Positions 1 to 12,488 of a stretch of 64,000 bases of DNA are shown here, one piece after another. The DNA is taken from assembly GCF_001194135.2 (NCBI RefSeq), contig NC_068991.1, positions 2,318,555-2,382,554 on the forward strand, read 5' to 3'. Origin of the DNA: Octopus bimaculoides. Taxonomy: Eukaryota. Below the pieces are notes generated by a model, which saw only the letters and a program-made list of their open reading frames with translations, did no database searches and was not told the DNA's origin. The translations under genes and the position numbers were made by a program. How positions within the stretch are numbered: position 1 is the first letter of the stretch; each line of letters starts with the position of its first letter.

Positions 1-177
1 TTCATACATTTGTATGCATGCGTTCATACATGTGCGCACACACGAATATACACGCACGTAAGGTGTGTGTGAGCGTTTCATGTAGACGTTTTCTTGGGTA
101 AGAATCTAAAATTTTATGTATGAGTGTGCATGTATGTATATACATACATAATACATACATATACACACACAAATATA

Positions 178-223
<46 letters not shown>

Positions 224-798
224 NNNNNNNNNNNNNNNNNNNNNNNNNNNNNNNNNNNNNNNNNNNNNNNNNNNNNNNNNNNNNNNNNNNNNNNNNNNNN
301 NNNNNNNNNNNNNNNNNNNNNNNNNNNNNNNNNNNNNNNNNNNNNNNNNNNNNNNNNNNNNNNNNNNNNNNNNNNNNNNNNNNNNNNNNNNNNNNNNNNN
401 NNNNNNNNNNNNNNNNNNNNNNNNNNNNNNNNNNNNNNNNNNNNNNNNNNNNNNNNNNNNNNNNNNNNNNNNNNNNNNNNNNNNNNNNNNNNNNNNNNNN
501 NNNNNNNNNNNNNNNNNNNNNNNNNNNNNNNNNNNNNNNNNNNNNNNNNNNNACGCACTTGCACACAAACCGTATACAGATATACATGTGCATATACATA
601 CGTACAAGCACATATATATATTTTCACGTGGCTATATATGTGCATACATATGCACCAACACACACACACACACACATAAATATAGTCATGTGCCTATACA
701 TATACATGCGTGCATATGGATATGTATACACACACACATACACATATACACATATACGTAAATATATATATAGAGAGAGGCTTTCGGTGCGAATGGTA

Positions 799-868
<70 letters not shown>

Positions 869-1200
869 CACATGCATATATACACGTAAACATACGCGAA
901 TAAGCCTACCAAAAAATACGAAACTCAGACACAGAATTATCTTTTGCAATGAAACAGAATTCCAGGTCAAATTCTAAACATTGTTCCTAGGAAACTTTTC
1001 ACCTTTAGCACCTGGCTTTTACAAATTTAATTTACCAAAAATGGACAAACATTATTTCCATGGAACACATAAGAGACATGTTGCTTTATTCAAAAGTGAA
1101 GAGAAGAATTTAACGAAAAAAATGCTGAAAGTTCTTAGAATACTTTTAAAATTTCGAAGTTTTGTGGTTTTAGAATTGGTTGTTATCGATGTTGTTGCTG

Positions 1201-1625
1201 TTTAGCTGATCAACCACACTCAGGTAGGTCTATGGTCAAAAGTATTCCAACCGTGACCATACCGTCTCAATAAAGTGTGAAAGACAACAGTATTCAAAGT
1301 ACTATCTCTTTCTTATTCAAGATAGTGGAGCGTGGGAAGATTTAGCTGCTATTTCTAACAGACCAGGCGATCATTAAAGACCCCCCCTCTATTGGTTACT
1401 GTTGTCGTTGTTATTGTTGTTGTTGTTGTTATTATTTAACTTCAGATCAACCAGGATCAAGCAAATCAATGGTGAAAGATATTACCACCGTGGCCATCAC
1501 GTCTCATTAGGGTGTGTGTAGGACAACATAATCCAGCGAATCTTTTCATTAAGACAACTGGATGTGAGCCAGGAAGATTTGACTGCTATTTCTAACAGAA
1601 CAAGTAACCATGTAGAGAGCCTTAT
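1201..1625 (+). mobile_element. Two adjacent decayed copies of dispersed repeat family E (about 1201-1390 and 1432-1625)
   Basis: Shared motifs 'gatcaacca...ctatg(g/a)tcaaa...attcca(a/g)ccgtgaccat' and 'agattt(a/g)(g/a)ctgctatttctaacag' recur here and at 10583-10900, about 23240-23290 and 58300-58490. Confidence 0.65.
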
Positions 1626-1648
1626 ATTGGTTATTGTTGTTGTTTAAC

Positions 1649-1832
1649 GGCTCCATGGTTAGAGGGTCGGGCTCACAATCATGAGGTAGTGAGTTCGATT
1701 CTCGGACCGAGCTGTGTGTTGTGTTCTTGAGCAAGACTTTATTTCACGTTGCTCCAGTTCACTCTGCTGTAGAAATGAGTTGCGATGCCACTGGTGCCAA
1801 ACTGTATCGGCCCCTTTGCCTTTCCTTTGGAC
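1649..1832 (+). mobile_element. tRNA-derived SINE, family D
   Basis: Pol III A-box-like TGGTTAGAGGGTCGG (1656-1670) and B-box GAGTTCGATTC (1691-1701), followed by the central domain 'gtgttcttgagcaagac...ttgctccagttcactc'. Related heads occur on the minus strand at about 12320-12391 and 56110-56145. Confidence 0.8.
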
Positions 1833-2200
1833 GATCTCTTAGATAGCACTCGGCGACTGAGCGGGTCCGCCTATTGTCTGTGAAACCTGCGATATGTCTG
1901 GCCTAACGGAACTTGTGCTTTCGGTTCTCTGCGATTCCATCCTTCACTCCGCTCCGTTCCCGAATTCTCTTATTTCGAATATGCTCTCATAATTATATTC
2001 CTAGCATGGATCTTGCCATGGCCCTGTGCGTCGTCCTAGCAGCTAACTTGCGTAAGAGAGCTCAAGTAGGACGGAGCTACAACAGAATCTGGAAAATACA
2101 AAAACTACAGAATCAGGACTTACGGAATTATTTCTAGACAGACATAACGATTCTACCATTACGATTCTATGATTCATTGCCCCAAGCTTGACACGTAAAG
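1833..2200 (-). mobile_element. RTE-clade LINE fragment (degenerate post-RT C-terminal region)
   Basis: Minus-strand translation with stops: VLLELSYAS...RTTHRAMARSMLGI*L*EHIRNKRIRERSGVKDGIAENRKHKFR*AGHIAGFTDNRRTRSVAECYLRD. This matches the RTE pattern AMERxMLGIxLxDxIRNxxIRxRSGVxD...KxRWAGHxAR..DNRWT. Confidence 0.85.
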
Positions 2201-2372
2201 CTTCACTATTTAAATAGTGGCATTTTCAACAAATAAAAATATCACATTGATATTTCTTTTTTTCGCCGCATTTACGTATTTTCAGATATTACTTCACTCC
2301 GGATGTTATATGGTTTCGCTTTAGTCATCGAAGTTTCCTTTCTTTGTGCTTTTATTATTTTCAAGTTTACTA

Positions 2373-2424
<52 letters not shown>

Positions 2425-2545
2425 CATGCATACATACATATAGGCAATAAAGAAAGATCACAGATGCAAGTTATTTATATATAAATGTGTATACATGTTG
2501 ATGGGTGTATATGTATACATATACGTACCTATGTAACTCTATGTA

Positions 2546-2621
<76 letters not shown>

Positions 2622-2692
2622 TATACATACATGTGTACATGTATAAACAGTCCAATCTATACGTAATCATATGATTATATCTGACAGATCGG

Positions 2693-2965
2693 GCTCAGAC
2701 GTGTAGCGGAGTTGGTTTGGTTCTGCGGTTGAACGCCTTGTTTCGCAGTTATGTGTTTTCGCTTCAATCCTACAGCGCAACACCTTGGACAAGTACTTAT
2801 CTACTATAGCACCTGGCTAACTCATGCCTTGTGAATGAATGTAGTAGACGGAAACTGTATGGAAGCCCGTCGCTTATATTCGTGTGCGTGTGTATGCGTT
2901 TCTATTTATCCATCACACAACTTCATAACCGGCGTTGGTTTGCTTATGTTGCTGTGACTTAGTTT
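2693..2965 (+). mobile_element. Old SINE family A copy
   Basis: 'caccttggacaagtacttatctactatagc...gccttgtgaatgaatgtagtagacggaaactgtatggaagcccgtcg', then a short TG tract and the start of the tail. Confidence 0.7.
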
Positions 2966-3325
2966 ATGTTTTCGATCGTAGATGTTTGTAAAGTGAAGCT
3001 GACTTTAGTGAGATTTGAACTCGCAAAGTAAAGGTCTATAGCTAAAAACAACAAGGCACTTTATCCCTTGCACAAACAACCAGAACGCAGCCGAGACAAT
3101 GTGGCTTGACGATCATCACACTCCAGAATATTTATAAAGTCGACCTCGTTAGGGTTCGAACTCAGAAAGCACAAAGTTGGAATAAATACCGCAATAAATT
3201 CAATCCACCGTTCTTTAATTAATTAGTTTAACAACTAATTAGCCAGCCAGCCAAGCAACCAGCCAGCCAGCCGGCCAGTCGGTGAATCAATTCTGATGTA
3301 GTAAACTTAATAGGCAAATCTGTTG

Positions 3326-3536
3326 AATATTGGTTTGAAATTTTGACACAAGGCCAGCAGTTTCGGAGGAGGGGATGAGTCAATTGCATCGACCCCAGTG
3401 CTCAACTGGAACCTAGGTTATCGACCCCAAATGATGAAAGGCAAATTCGACCTTGGTGGTATTTGAACTCAGGACGGACGAAATACCGGCAGGTATTTTG
3501 CCTGGCGCTATAACGATTCTGCCAGCTCGCCGCCTT
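3326..3536 (-). mobile_element. tRNA-derived SINE, family B (full length)
   Basis: Reverse complement of 'ggcggcgagctggcagaatcgtta...gagttcaaat...gtcga(c/a)tttgcctttcatc...ggggtcgataa...ggggtcgatgcaat...gtgtcaaaatttcaaaccaatatt'. Partial copies at about 2990-3060 and 3130-3200. Confidence 0.9.
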
Positions 3537-3733
3537 CACTCCGCTTAATATTATCATCTGGCTCTTGTGTGTCTTCAATGGAGTCCAGTTTGTTGCAAGC
3601 CTTCGGGACTGCATTTCCGGTCAGGGAACAGCTTCCGCCGTTTACGTCAACAGCGATGGAAGCTGGAATGAGTCAGTAGTACTTCCCTTCGTCTTCTAAC
3701 TAAACCATTAAAAAATACTGAGTCAGTTCACTG

Positions 3734-3770
<37 letters not shown>

Positions 3771-3830
3771 CTCAATAAAGTATTAAACCAGTTACTCAGC
3801 CATTAAAATAATGAATGAATCAATACTTAC

Positions 3831-4026
3831 TCTCCATGTGTAAGAGATACTCGGTCCATTTCTTCGATAACCGTGTTCGATTCATTCTCAATGACCAATG
3901 TGATATTAACGTTTTGAATTAGACCGCCGTAGGAAAATTTACAGCTGGCCAACGAGTGAAGAAACAACGGACTTACAACGAGGACACTTTCATTAGGTTT
4001 TAGACGGTGAATAATGATGATGGGTT
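3831..4026 (-). CDS. Candidate internal coding exon of an unidentified host gene (196 nt, phase 1 to phase 2)
   Basis: Acceptor ttgttattttaatttattttccag| and donor GA|GTAAGT. Only one frame is open: xPIIIIHRLKPNESVLVVSPLFLHSLASCKFSYGGLIQNVNITLVIENESNTVIEEMDRVSLTHG. Non-repetitive, with a weak MAM-like pattern (VSPLF..S...C.F.Y). No partner exon was confirmed. Confidence 0.45.
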
Positions 4027-4136
4027 CTGGAAAATAAATTAAAATAACAAATGAATCAGGGAACCAAGACAAGGTTAATAGGATATTTTACTCTTCATGA
4101 ATAATAGAAAAGAAAGAAAAGAAAAAGAAAAGAATG

Positions 4137-4298
4137 CGTGGTCAATTTCATAGGGATGTTGAAGATGAGGTAGACAGAGAAAAAAGATGGCTGGGCATGA
4201 CTAAAAGTGATTTAAAACCGGAAGCGGAAGTTCTGATCTGTGCTGCCTAAGAGCAAGCACTAAGAACAAACTCCCAAAAAATACAGAATAGACAACAC
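4137..4298 (+). mobile_element. R4/Dong-like LINE fragment (region before the zinc knuckle)
   Basis: Translates RGQFHRDVEDEVDREKRWLGMTKSDLKPEAEVLICAA*EQALRTN, then after a frameshift KYRIDNT. This matches the RLE-LINE motif GQF...WL..G.LK.ETE..I.AAQEQAL.TN. Confidence 0.85.
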
Positions 4299-4358
4299 AT
4301 TGCGTTACCTGCTATCTTGGATCTTCTGGATACTATGTTCCTCATACCTTTGCATATA

Positions 4359-4396
<38 letters not shown>

Positions 4397-4514
4397 TATA
4401 TATATATAAAAATTAAGGTGCTCAGAAATCTGGATGTTTGTACATTTACAGATTTTTATTAATGTCACATATTAAATAAAGCGCTTTTCACCTAATCGTT
4501 TAGGATATATACAT

Positions 4515-4805
4515 CTGGAAATATAATATGTGACAATTATTCGGTAGCCATGATAAAACTCCGAGTTTCGGATGTCGGAGCGGAAACCCACGCCGGTATC
4601 TCTTTAGTTATCGGGCCAGTTTTGTGATATGGAAAGATGGCTCATCTGGAAAAGCAGCTTAGACCCCGCCACATGCCTAAATTCATGGCATTTTTTTCGA
4701 TGGCCCGATAACTGAAGAGATGCTGGCGTGAGTTTCCGCCCGCTACATCCGTAACTCGGAGTTTTATCATGGCTACCGAATAATTGTCAGATATTATATT
4801 TCCAG
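4515..4805. mobile_element. Foldback/MITE-like element with about 104-bp inverted arms
   Basis: 4515-4618 is the reverse complement of 4701-4805 (about 8 differences), with an 82-bp spacer and CTGG...CCAG termini. No clear target-site duplication. Confidence 0.75.
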
Positions 4806-4872
4806 TAAAATTCCTATATTTACATAATATCAAGGTCTCTTTCCTTCTTTTGTTGTCTTGCCATTTCTATCA

Positions 4873-4905
<33 letters not shown>

Positions 4906-4934
4906 TATACACATACATACATACATACATACAT

Positions 4935-5058
4935 GCTTTTGGTCGACCAGGGGCTATAACAGAAGACATTTGGCCTAGGTGGTGCAAGGTGGGACCGAAC
5001 CCAGAACATCACGTGGTTGGGATACAAGCTTCTTAACCTCACAGCCACGCCTGCGCCT
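4935..5058 (-). mobile_element. SINE family A head
   Basis: Reverse complement of 'ggcgcaggcgtggctgtgaggttaagaagcttgtatcccaaccacgtgatgttctgggttcggtcccacc...tcttctgttatagccctggtcgaccaaaagc'. Confidence 0.85.
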
Positions 5059-5420
5059 ATGACTCTCTATTTGCTAAGAGATCAAGCACCATGTCCCACT
5101 AGCGGTGGTACTGGTAGTAGTATTAGTAAAGGTGGTAGTTGGTGGTTGTAATTTCGCTTAGAGTGGTAGTGAAAGTAATTCTTAGTTTTTAATCTCAGAT
5201 GTAGTGCTGTCAGTAATGGCCTACAGTGGTAGTGGCAGTGGTGGAGGCAGTGTACTGGCGATGACGTCATCCTCATCAAAGTAATTATATATTTATTAAA
5301 TGAGTAACTCGGTCGTCATTACAATGTGGCTGGGACGTTTGCTTCATTCTCGTGTCAGACTCCTATGCTGAGGGTCGAATTACAGGGAGAGATGATTTAT
5401 ATATATATATATATATATAT

Positions 5421-6395
5421 NNNNNNNNNNNNNNNNNNNNNNNNNNNNNNNNNNNNNNNNNNNNNNNNNNNNNNNNNNNNNNNNNNNNNNNNNNNNNNNN
5501 NNNNNNNNNNNNNNNNNNNNNNNNNNNNNNNNNNNNNNNNNNNNNNNNNNNNNNNNNNNNNNNNNNNNNNNNNNNNNNNNNNNNNNNNNNNNNNNNNNNN
5601 NNNNNNNNNNNNNNNNNNNNNNNNNNNNNNNNNNNNNNNNNNNNNNNNNNNNNNNNNNNNNNNNNNNNNNNNNNNNNNNNNNNNNNNNNNNNNNNNNNNN
5701 NNNNNNNNNNNNNNNNNNNNNNNNNNNNNNNNNNNNNNNNNNNNNNNNNNNNNNNNNNNNNNNNNNNNNNNNNNNNNNNNNNNNNNNNNNNNNNNNNNNN
5801 NNNNNNNNNNNNNNNNNNNNNNNNNNNNNNNNNNNNNNNNNNNNNNNNNNNNNNNNNNNNNNNNNNNNNNNNNNNNNNNNNNNNNNNNNNNNNNNNNNNN
5901 NNNNNNNNNNNNNNNNNNNNNNNNNNNNNNNNNNNNNNNNNNNNNNNNNNNNNNNNNNNNNNNNNNNNNNNNNNNNNNNNNNNNNNNNNNNNNNNNNNNN
6001 NNNNNNNNNNNNNNNNNNNNNNNNNNNNNNNNNNNNNNNNNNNNNNNNNNNNNNNNNNNNNNNNNNNNNNNNNNNNNNNNNNNNNNNNNNNNNNNNNNNN
6101 NNNNNNNNNNNNNNNNNNNNNNNNNNNNNNNNNNNNNNNNNNNNNNNNNNNNNNNNNNNNNNNNNNNNNNNNNNNNNNNNNNNNNNNNNNNNNNNNNNNN
6201 NNNNNNNNNNNNNNNNNNNNNNNNNNNNNNNNNNNNNNNNNNNNNNNNNNNNNNNNNNNNNNNNNNNNNNNNNNNNNNNNNNNNNNNNNNNNNNNNNNNN
6301 NNNNNNNNNNNNNNNNNNNNNNNNNNNNNNNNNNNNNNNNNNNNNNNNNNNNNNNNNNNNNNNNNNNNNNNNNNNNNNNNNNNNNNNNNNNNNNN

Positions 6396-6396
<1 letters not shown>
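5421..6396. other. Largest scaffold gap (N-run), one of 18
   Basis: N-runs at about 224-552, 5421-6396, 9126-9179, 9935-10385, 15653-15987, 19477-19518, 24169-24709, 26039-26519, 33586-34076, 35077-35189, 41809-41855, 48355-48364, 49513-49960, 51663-52083, 58851-59393, 60508-61041, 61660-61759 and 62014-62803. Most abut (TA)n tracts. Confidence 0.97.
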
Positions 6397-6436
<40 letters not shown>

Positions 6437-8065
6437 CATGGCATAATGTATATAGTAATTTACAAGTAAATGTATATATATGAGCACGCACGTGCGTGCG
6501 TGTGTGTATGCCTATTTATGTATATTATATATTCGTACTTACATATACATGCATACATTTGCGCATACACGCACATGCACACACAAAGGCACATACATTC
6601 ACAAGCATACACACTTACATACACACACACATGCACACACAGACATATTTCGTCCTTCTATAAACCGAAACTATAAACCGAACTGTAGGTTCGAATTTCG
6701 TTTAGCAGCCAAGTGATTCCGGTTCGATTCCATTTCGAACCTCCTTCAGCTGGTGTCTGCTACCTAAGTGTCATGTTCGCTAAAGTCATGTGAGCGGAAG
6801 TGAGCAAAATAGTTGACATTAACACTGTTGCTAGCTATCCAACAGAATTTCTCTCCCTTTTTTTCAGCCCACTGGTGTCTCCCTTCACACTCTGCAACAA
6901 AAAGGAGACGCATCCATTATGTCGTTATGAAATTCAGATGTGCCAAAACTTTGAAACGATACAAGAATAGCAGACAAAAATTCCATCCACTATCTTCTCT
7001 TATCAAATATTTATTTAATTCCGGTTCAATCATCTTCAGTTTCTAAAGACAGTCCCTCGCGGCTGCTGAAGTTGAATTGACACCTCGCACGGTCAGCTCT
7101 GTGTTGAGCCAAGCAAACATCTTTTCGTCAAACAACCAAACTACAGAACAAGATATGTTTCCTTCCTCAGAGTTTTACTGAATAAACTATTATGATAGAA
7201 TCCCTTCTGTTTTATGTGTCACGTGTCAAATTAGAATTATACGAAAATACAACAGTAAAACTTAAAAACAGTATTTTATCGAAGTAACAGAATTAAAATT
7301 ACGGTTTCAATATTTTCACACATTCTAACACCCGGGAAAAAAATCCACATTAAGCACGTAACTATTTTTAAATAAATAATATTTGCAAGTGTATTTATGT
7401 ATAGTAATCTTTATATCCTACATAACGTGGATGTATTGTTATAAATCGGCGTTAGTACTGTGACATTCGACTTGAGAGAGTCTGTCATTGAAGCATTTAG
7501 TATTTAAAAGCATAGAAATATCGGTTGCAGACGAAAATTGTCCAGCACCGGCGGTGGAACTGATAAATCACTTAATTTCAGCGTGTTTGGGCTTCATCAG
7601 CAGCAATGGGCATCTGCTATCAGCGTATGTTGGCTAAACTTCGTTTCCACTGATATAAAGAAACGAAAACAGGTCATGGTCTCGCAAATAGCTGGCAGGT
7701 TGGGTAAATACTAAATATCAGCGACGGAAGCAGTATTATTACCGAATATATTCTGTACTTTTAAGTATAAAGTCTTTTAAGTATAAACGTCTCAAGACGA
7801 ATACCACTGTATTACGGCGTTCTTATAATATATCCACGTTCATAAGGCATACAGATTGTTATTCGATACTAACACTACATCCCTCGCTATTATCTAATAT
7901 TTATATATTTTTACGTTCCCGAAGTATTATATAAAACCTAGATATACATCAATTAAACTTCACACAAAAAAAAGCATATTTAGCACCCACGAAACGCAGT
8001 CTACCTCTGCTACTACGATTAACGGTGGGGCTCGGTTGGTGGTGATACCACTGCTGCTGCTGCTG

Positions 8066-8120
<55 letters not shown>

Positions 8121-8137
8121 AACATAAACTTGAAGTA

Positions 8138-8175
<38 letters not shown>

Positions 8176-8739
8176 CATATAATATGTATCGTATATATAA
8201 AACTATATATGCATGCACGGATACAACCACATATATGCACTTGTATATGTGTGCAGCATGTGCTGGCATAGTTGATGTGATAACCACAATAACCTTAATT
8301 AATGGAGACGAGACACTTATAAATCGTGAAGAGGTTGTTAAATTCTTCACTGAAGAGGATCGTTTATTTTTCACTCGAAATGGTCTTAAGTCTTCATTAA
8401 TTCGGATTTTCTAAATCAAAGTCTGCTTGGCATGCATTCATACATTATGTCGTTGCTACTATTACAGCTGCTACTGCTACTGCTGCTGCTGCTGCTGCTG
8501 TTGTAGAGGCCTCTAATTATTGATGCACCACTCAGAACCTTTGTCTCCTACCATACATTTGATACCCTCAAGTGTGTCTGTAAAATCATGTCACTCTTCA
8601 TATTTCTTCTTGGTAAATTCGTCAAGTTCGAATTCCCTTTCATCTTTTCAGAGTCGATAGAATAAAATACAAACCACAAGCACAAGTGAAGTACTGTACT
8701 TGACTTGTACTTGGTAATATCGACCAACGCCTTTCCCTC

Positions 8740-8776
<37 letters not shown>

Positions 8777-8782
8777 CACAAC

Positions 8783-8937
8783 AGGCTTCATTCAGTTTCC
8801 GTCTACCGAACCCGCTCACAAGGTCTATGTCGGTCTGAGGCTATAGTAGAAGACACTAGCTTAAGGTGCTACGTGGGACTGAACCTGGAACCATGTGGTC
8901 GGGAAGCAAACTTCTTATGACATAACCACGTCTGCAT
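8783..8937 (-). mobile_element. SINE family A head
   Basis: 'ttcagtttccgtctacc...gaggctatagtagaagacac...gtgggactgaacctggaaccatgtggtcgggaagcaaacttctt'. Confidence 0.9.
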
Positions 8938-9903
8938 ATGTATATATATATATACATGCAAATACATACACACATATACACACATGCATACACACACATA
9001 CACACGCACACACATACATATGAAATATTGTCATTTCCCATAGTCTGTACATTTTTTTACTTTCAAGAATGTCTTTGTGATCTGTTTTGTATTTTTCGTT
9101 AAATATAAAAAATCCATTTATTTATNNNNNNNNNNNNNNNNNNNNNNNNNNNNNNNNNNNNNNNNNNNNNNNNNNNNNNTATATATATATATATATAAAT
9201 ATATACATATGTATGTGTCCATACATACATACACACATACACACATACATACATGCAGGCATGCATGCATATATGCATACATACATACATGCATACAAAC
9301 ATTCATACACACATACATACATGCATAGATACATGCATGCATACATGCATACATACATACACACACACGTACATACATACACACATACATACACATACAT
9401 ACATACAAACATACATACATACATGCATACATATATACACACATACATCCTTACACATACATATATATACATATGTATATATATATATACATGCAAATAC
9501 ATACACACATATACACACATGCATACACACACATACACACGCACACACATACATATGAAATATTGTCATTTCCCATAGTCTGTACATTTTTTTACTTTCA
9601 AGAATGTCTTTGTGATCTGTTTTGTATTTTTCGTTAAATATAAAAAATCCATTTATTTATGGATGGCTACATACATCTAGGATGTTTGCACACATTCTTA
9701 CACTCACACACACACACATTTATATATGTATGTATGTATACATGCACACACACGGATGTATGGATATATATATATACTTACACATACACATATATATTGA
9801 CTATGTTGGCATGTTTTTATAAATGATTGTATGTATGTATGCACATATATATGTATATGTATATATATATATATTTATACATGCATATATATGTATATAT
9901 ATG

Positions 9904-9934
<31 letters not shown>

Positions 9935-10385
9935 NNNNNNNNNNNNNNNNNNNNNNNNNNNNNNNNNNNNNNNNNNNNNNNNNNNNNNNNNNNNNNNNNN
10001 NNNNNNNNNNNNNNNNNNNNNNNNNNNNNNNNNNNNNNNNNNNNNNNNNNNNNNNNNNNNNNNNNNNNNNNNNNNNNNNNNNNNNNNNNNNNNNNNNNNN
10101 NNNNNNNNNNNNNNNNNNNNNNNNNNNNNNNNNNNNNNNNNNNNNNNNNNNNNNNNNNNNNNNNNNNNNNNNNNNNNNNNNNNNNNNNNNNNNNNNNNNN
10201 NNNNNNNNNNNNNNNNNNNNNNNNNNNNNNNNNNNNNNNNNNNNNNNNNNNNNNNNNNNNNNNNNNNNNNNNNNNNNNNNNNNNNNNNNNNNNNNNNNNN
10301 NNNNNNNNNNNNNNNNNNNNNNNNNNNNNNNNNNNNNNNNNNNNNNNNNNNNNNNNNNNNNNNNNNNNNNNNNNNNNNNNNNNNN

Positions 10386-10470
10386 TTTTCCTTTGTTTCA
10401 GATATTAGACTGCGGCCATGCTGTTGCATCGCCTTGAAGAATTTGCTTTTTTAGACGAATGAATCGTCCA
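10386..10470 (-). mobile_element. SINE family A 3' tail fragment
   Basis: 'tgtttcagatattagactgcggccatgctg...cgccttgaagaa...gaatgaatcg', which begins at a gap edge. Confidence 0.75.
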
Positions 10471-10582
10471 CAACAAATAACAACAGCAACACCAACATCC
10501 ACAGCTTCAGTGAAAACAAAAAGGGCTTTTATAAAATATGAATCTTTTATGAATTGTTAATAATGTTGTTGTTGGCGTTATT

Positions 10583-10900
10583 GTTGTTAACCCCAGGTCA
10601 TTTCTGATAGAGCTAACCTATGATTAGAATTAATCCAACCGCGACCAACCCGCCTGTTTTTGGGGCACCTGGTATTACACAATCTTCAGTGGTCTCCTTT
10701 GTATTGAAAATGGGAGGGTGTGATTTGATTTAGATTTGACTGCACTTTCTAGCAGGTCTATACGCTGAGTATAAATTTCCTTTTTGCTCGTTGTGTCTAA
10801 TGGTTGTTATTGTAGCTTAGCTCCGGGTTAACCATGATCGAGCTAACTTTAAGGGAACGAGTATTCCAGCCGTGACAATCCCAACGGTTTGGAGGTATCT
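10583..10900 (+). mobile_element. Family E repeat copies (about 10583-10790 and 10815-10900)
   Basis: 'aaccccaggtca...ctgatagagctaacctatgatt...tccaaccgcgacca' and 'tttgactgcactttctagcaggtc', as at 1201-1625. Confidence 0.6.
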
Positions 10901-12184
10901 AGGAATACTTTAATGCCTTCTTTTTGCTTATCATGGTTTGAAGAAGATTTGTGGTTACAGTTACCGAGGTCGCTTCTGTGGGTTGTCGACCTTCTAAAAA
11001 TAGCAGCTAAATCTCTCTTAAAATCATGCCTTACGGACTTGGGAAAACATAAGGACGCATTGGCGCACAGAGTCCTAAACACGTCTTTCAAATAATGCAG
11101 GTTGGTCATATTTGGATTGCTTTTCATTAATAGGGTTGATCAGTCGGGACTGACAAGGCTCTCAAGAAGAACAACAGCATCGACAACCACAACAACGACA
11201 AAAACATATATCCATACACACATACACACAAACATACGTTCATATACACACACATATCTACAAACATACGTACGTACATTCGTTCATTAACTTATATATA
11301 CATACAATATATATGTGTGTGTGTATATATATATATAAGATATATATAACACCTATATTTATGTATATATATATGCCATACATATATGTGTGTATGTATA
11401 TATATATATATATATATACACACCAATATACACTTACATCCATTTATATTGGCATATTACACATACTTGTATACATAATATATATACTTACATATAAACT
11501 TATTCTCTCTCTCTCTCTTTCACACACATACATACACACGTACATTCATACATACATACATACATACATACACACATACATACATGCATACGTAGCAGAA
11601 GATCTTGTAAGCGTTTTCGTTAATTTCGTGACGTATCTGGAGATACTTGCAACTCTAAGTTGGTTCCTATGAGAATTGGCGGGAAGCGAATCAAAAGTGA
11701 ATCAAATGAAGAAATGATTCAACACCACTCGGCAGATGAGAAGCAATCGGAATACAACTGCCAACCTTTGTTAAATCAACCTTTGTCGTCAATCATGTTA
11801 ACAGGATTACTTCTTGCCATAGGTGAAGTACCAGACCTCTCGTAAAAAGATCGTTTCTTTGATTGGCGTTTGTATTGTTGTTAATTAGCATCTGTCAGTT
11901 GCCAAAACGTTCTGACTTTGTATCAAATGTATTGAAGAGAAAGAAATAATCAAATAATAAAAAAAATTAAATAAAACGGAGCGAAGTACGAGGAGTAGAA
12001 TAAAATATTTGGCTTCGATTGGGTTTAAACTTTCCTTGATATTGGGCTGGAGACTGGTCTGAAAATCGCTGCTGTCAGGTATGCATAGGATAACATTAGA
12101 AAAATACATTGCTGCCTTATTTAAGATGGTACGACGCGATCAGAGGTATTTGGTTGTTGTTTCTAGTATTTAGAGTGACCGCAA

Positions 12185-12391
12185 TAAGGTTTCTTCGGCC
12201 TCAGGACATAACTGTATCGAGTCCCAGAAGGGTTAGGTTTTCCATGGCGTATAACTGACCAAGACAACAGCATTCCCCTTGAACATGACAATCCGTCTCA
12301 GGGTTACTCTTTTACTGCGCCTCGTCCGGGAATCGAAACCACGATTTTGCGATTGAGTGTGCAACACCCTAACCACTAGGCCACGCTCCTT
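12185..12391 (-). mobile_element. tRNA-derived SINE with a family-D-like head
   Basis: 'ccgggaatcgaaaccacgattttgcgattgagtgtgcaacaccctaaccactaggccac' is the reverse complement of an A-box/B-box head. Confidence 0.7.
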
Positions 12392-12488
12392 CGCTGTAAT
12401 TATCCAGGGGTAAATTCCAACATTTCAGGCAGGGTTATTCGTGAAGGACTTTATCGCTCTTATTTATAATTACTTCATTATCTTGTAA

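Noticed and set aside
1649-1720. tRNA gene calls at SINE heads
   Set aside because: A and B boxes are present, but there is no complete cloverleaf and each head continues into a SINE body.
2089-2125. Strong-looking minus-strand GTAAGT donor and polypyrimidine-AG acceptor 35 nt apart
   Set aside because: It lies inside the RTE remnant, all downstream frames close quickly, and the intron would be very short.
3540-3700. GC-rich unique segment: minus frame LEDEGKYY*LIPASIAVDVNGGSC (Ig-like DxGxYxC look-alike); plus frame open for about 50 codons
   Set aside because: There is an in-frame stop, no donor, and the acceptor phases do not give a continuing frame from the 3831-4026 exon. It could still be a terminal exon or UTR.
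7560-7620. Minus-strand CTGATGA-agc...gct-GAAA hammerhead-like core
   Set aside because: No stem I can form with a valid NUH triplet in type I or type III topology.
8184-8414. Protein-like ORF GIVDVITTITLINGDETLINREEVVKFFTEEDRLFF (plus) and an open antisense frame
   Set aside because: No recognisable family and weak splice context on both strands.
11660-11845. 61-aa ORF in unique sequence
   Set aside because: No homology recognised and no splice signals. The length is within chance expectation.
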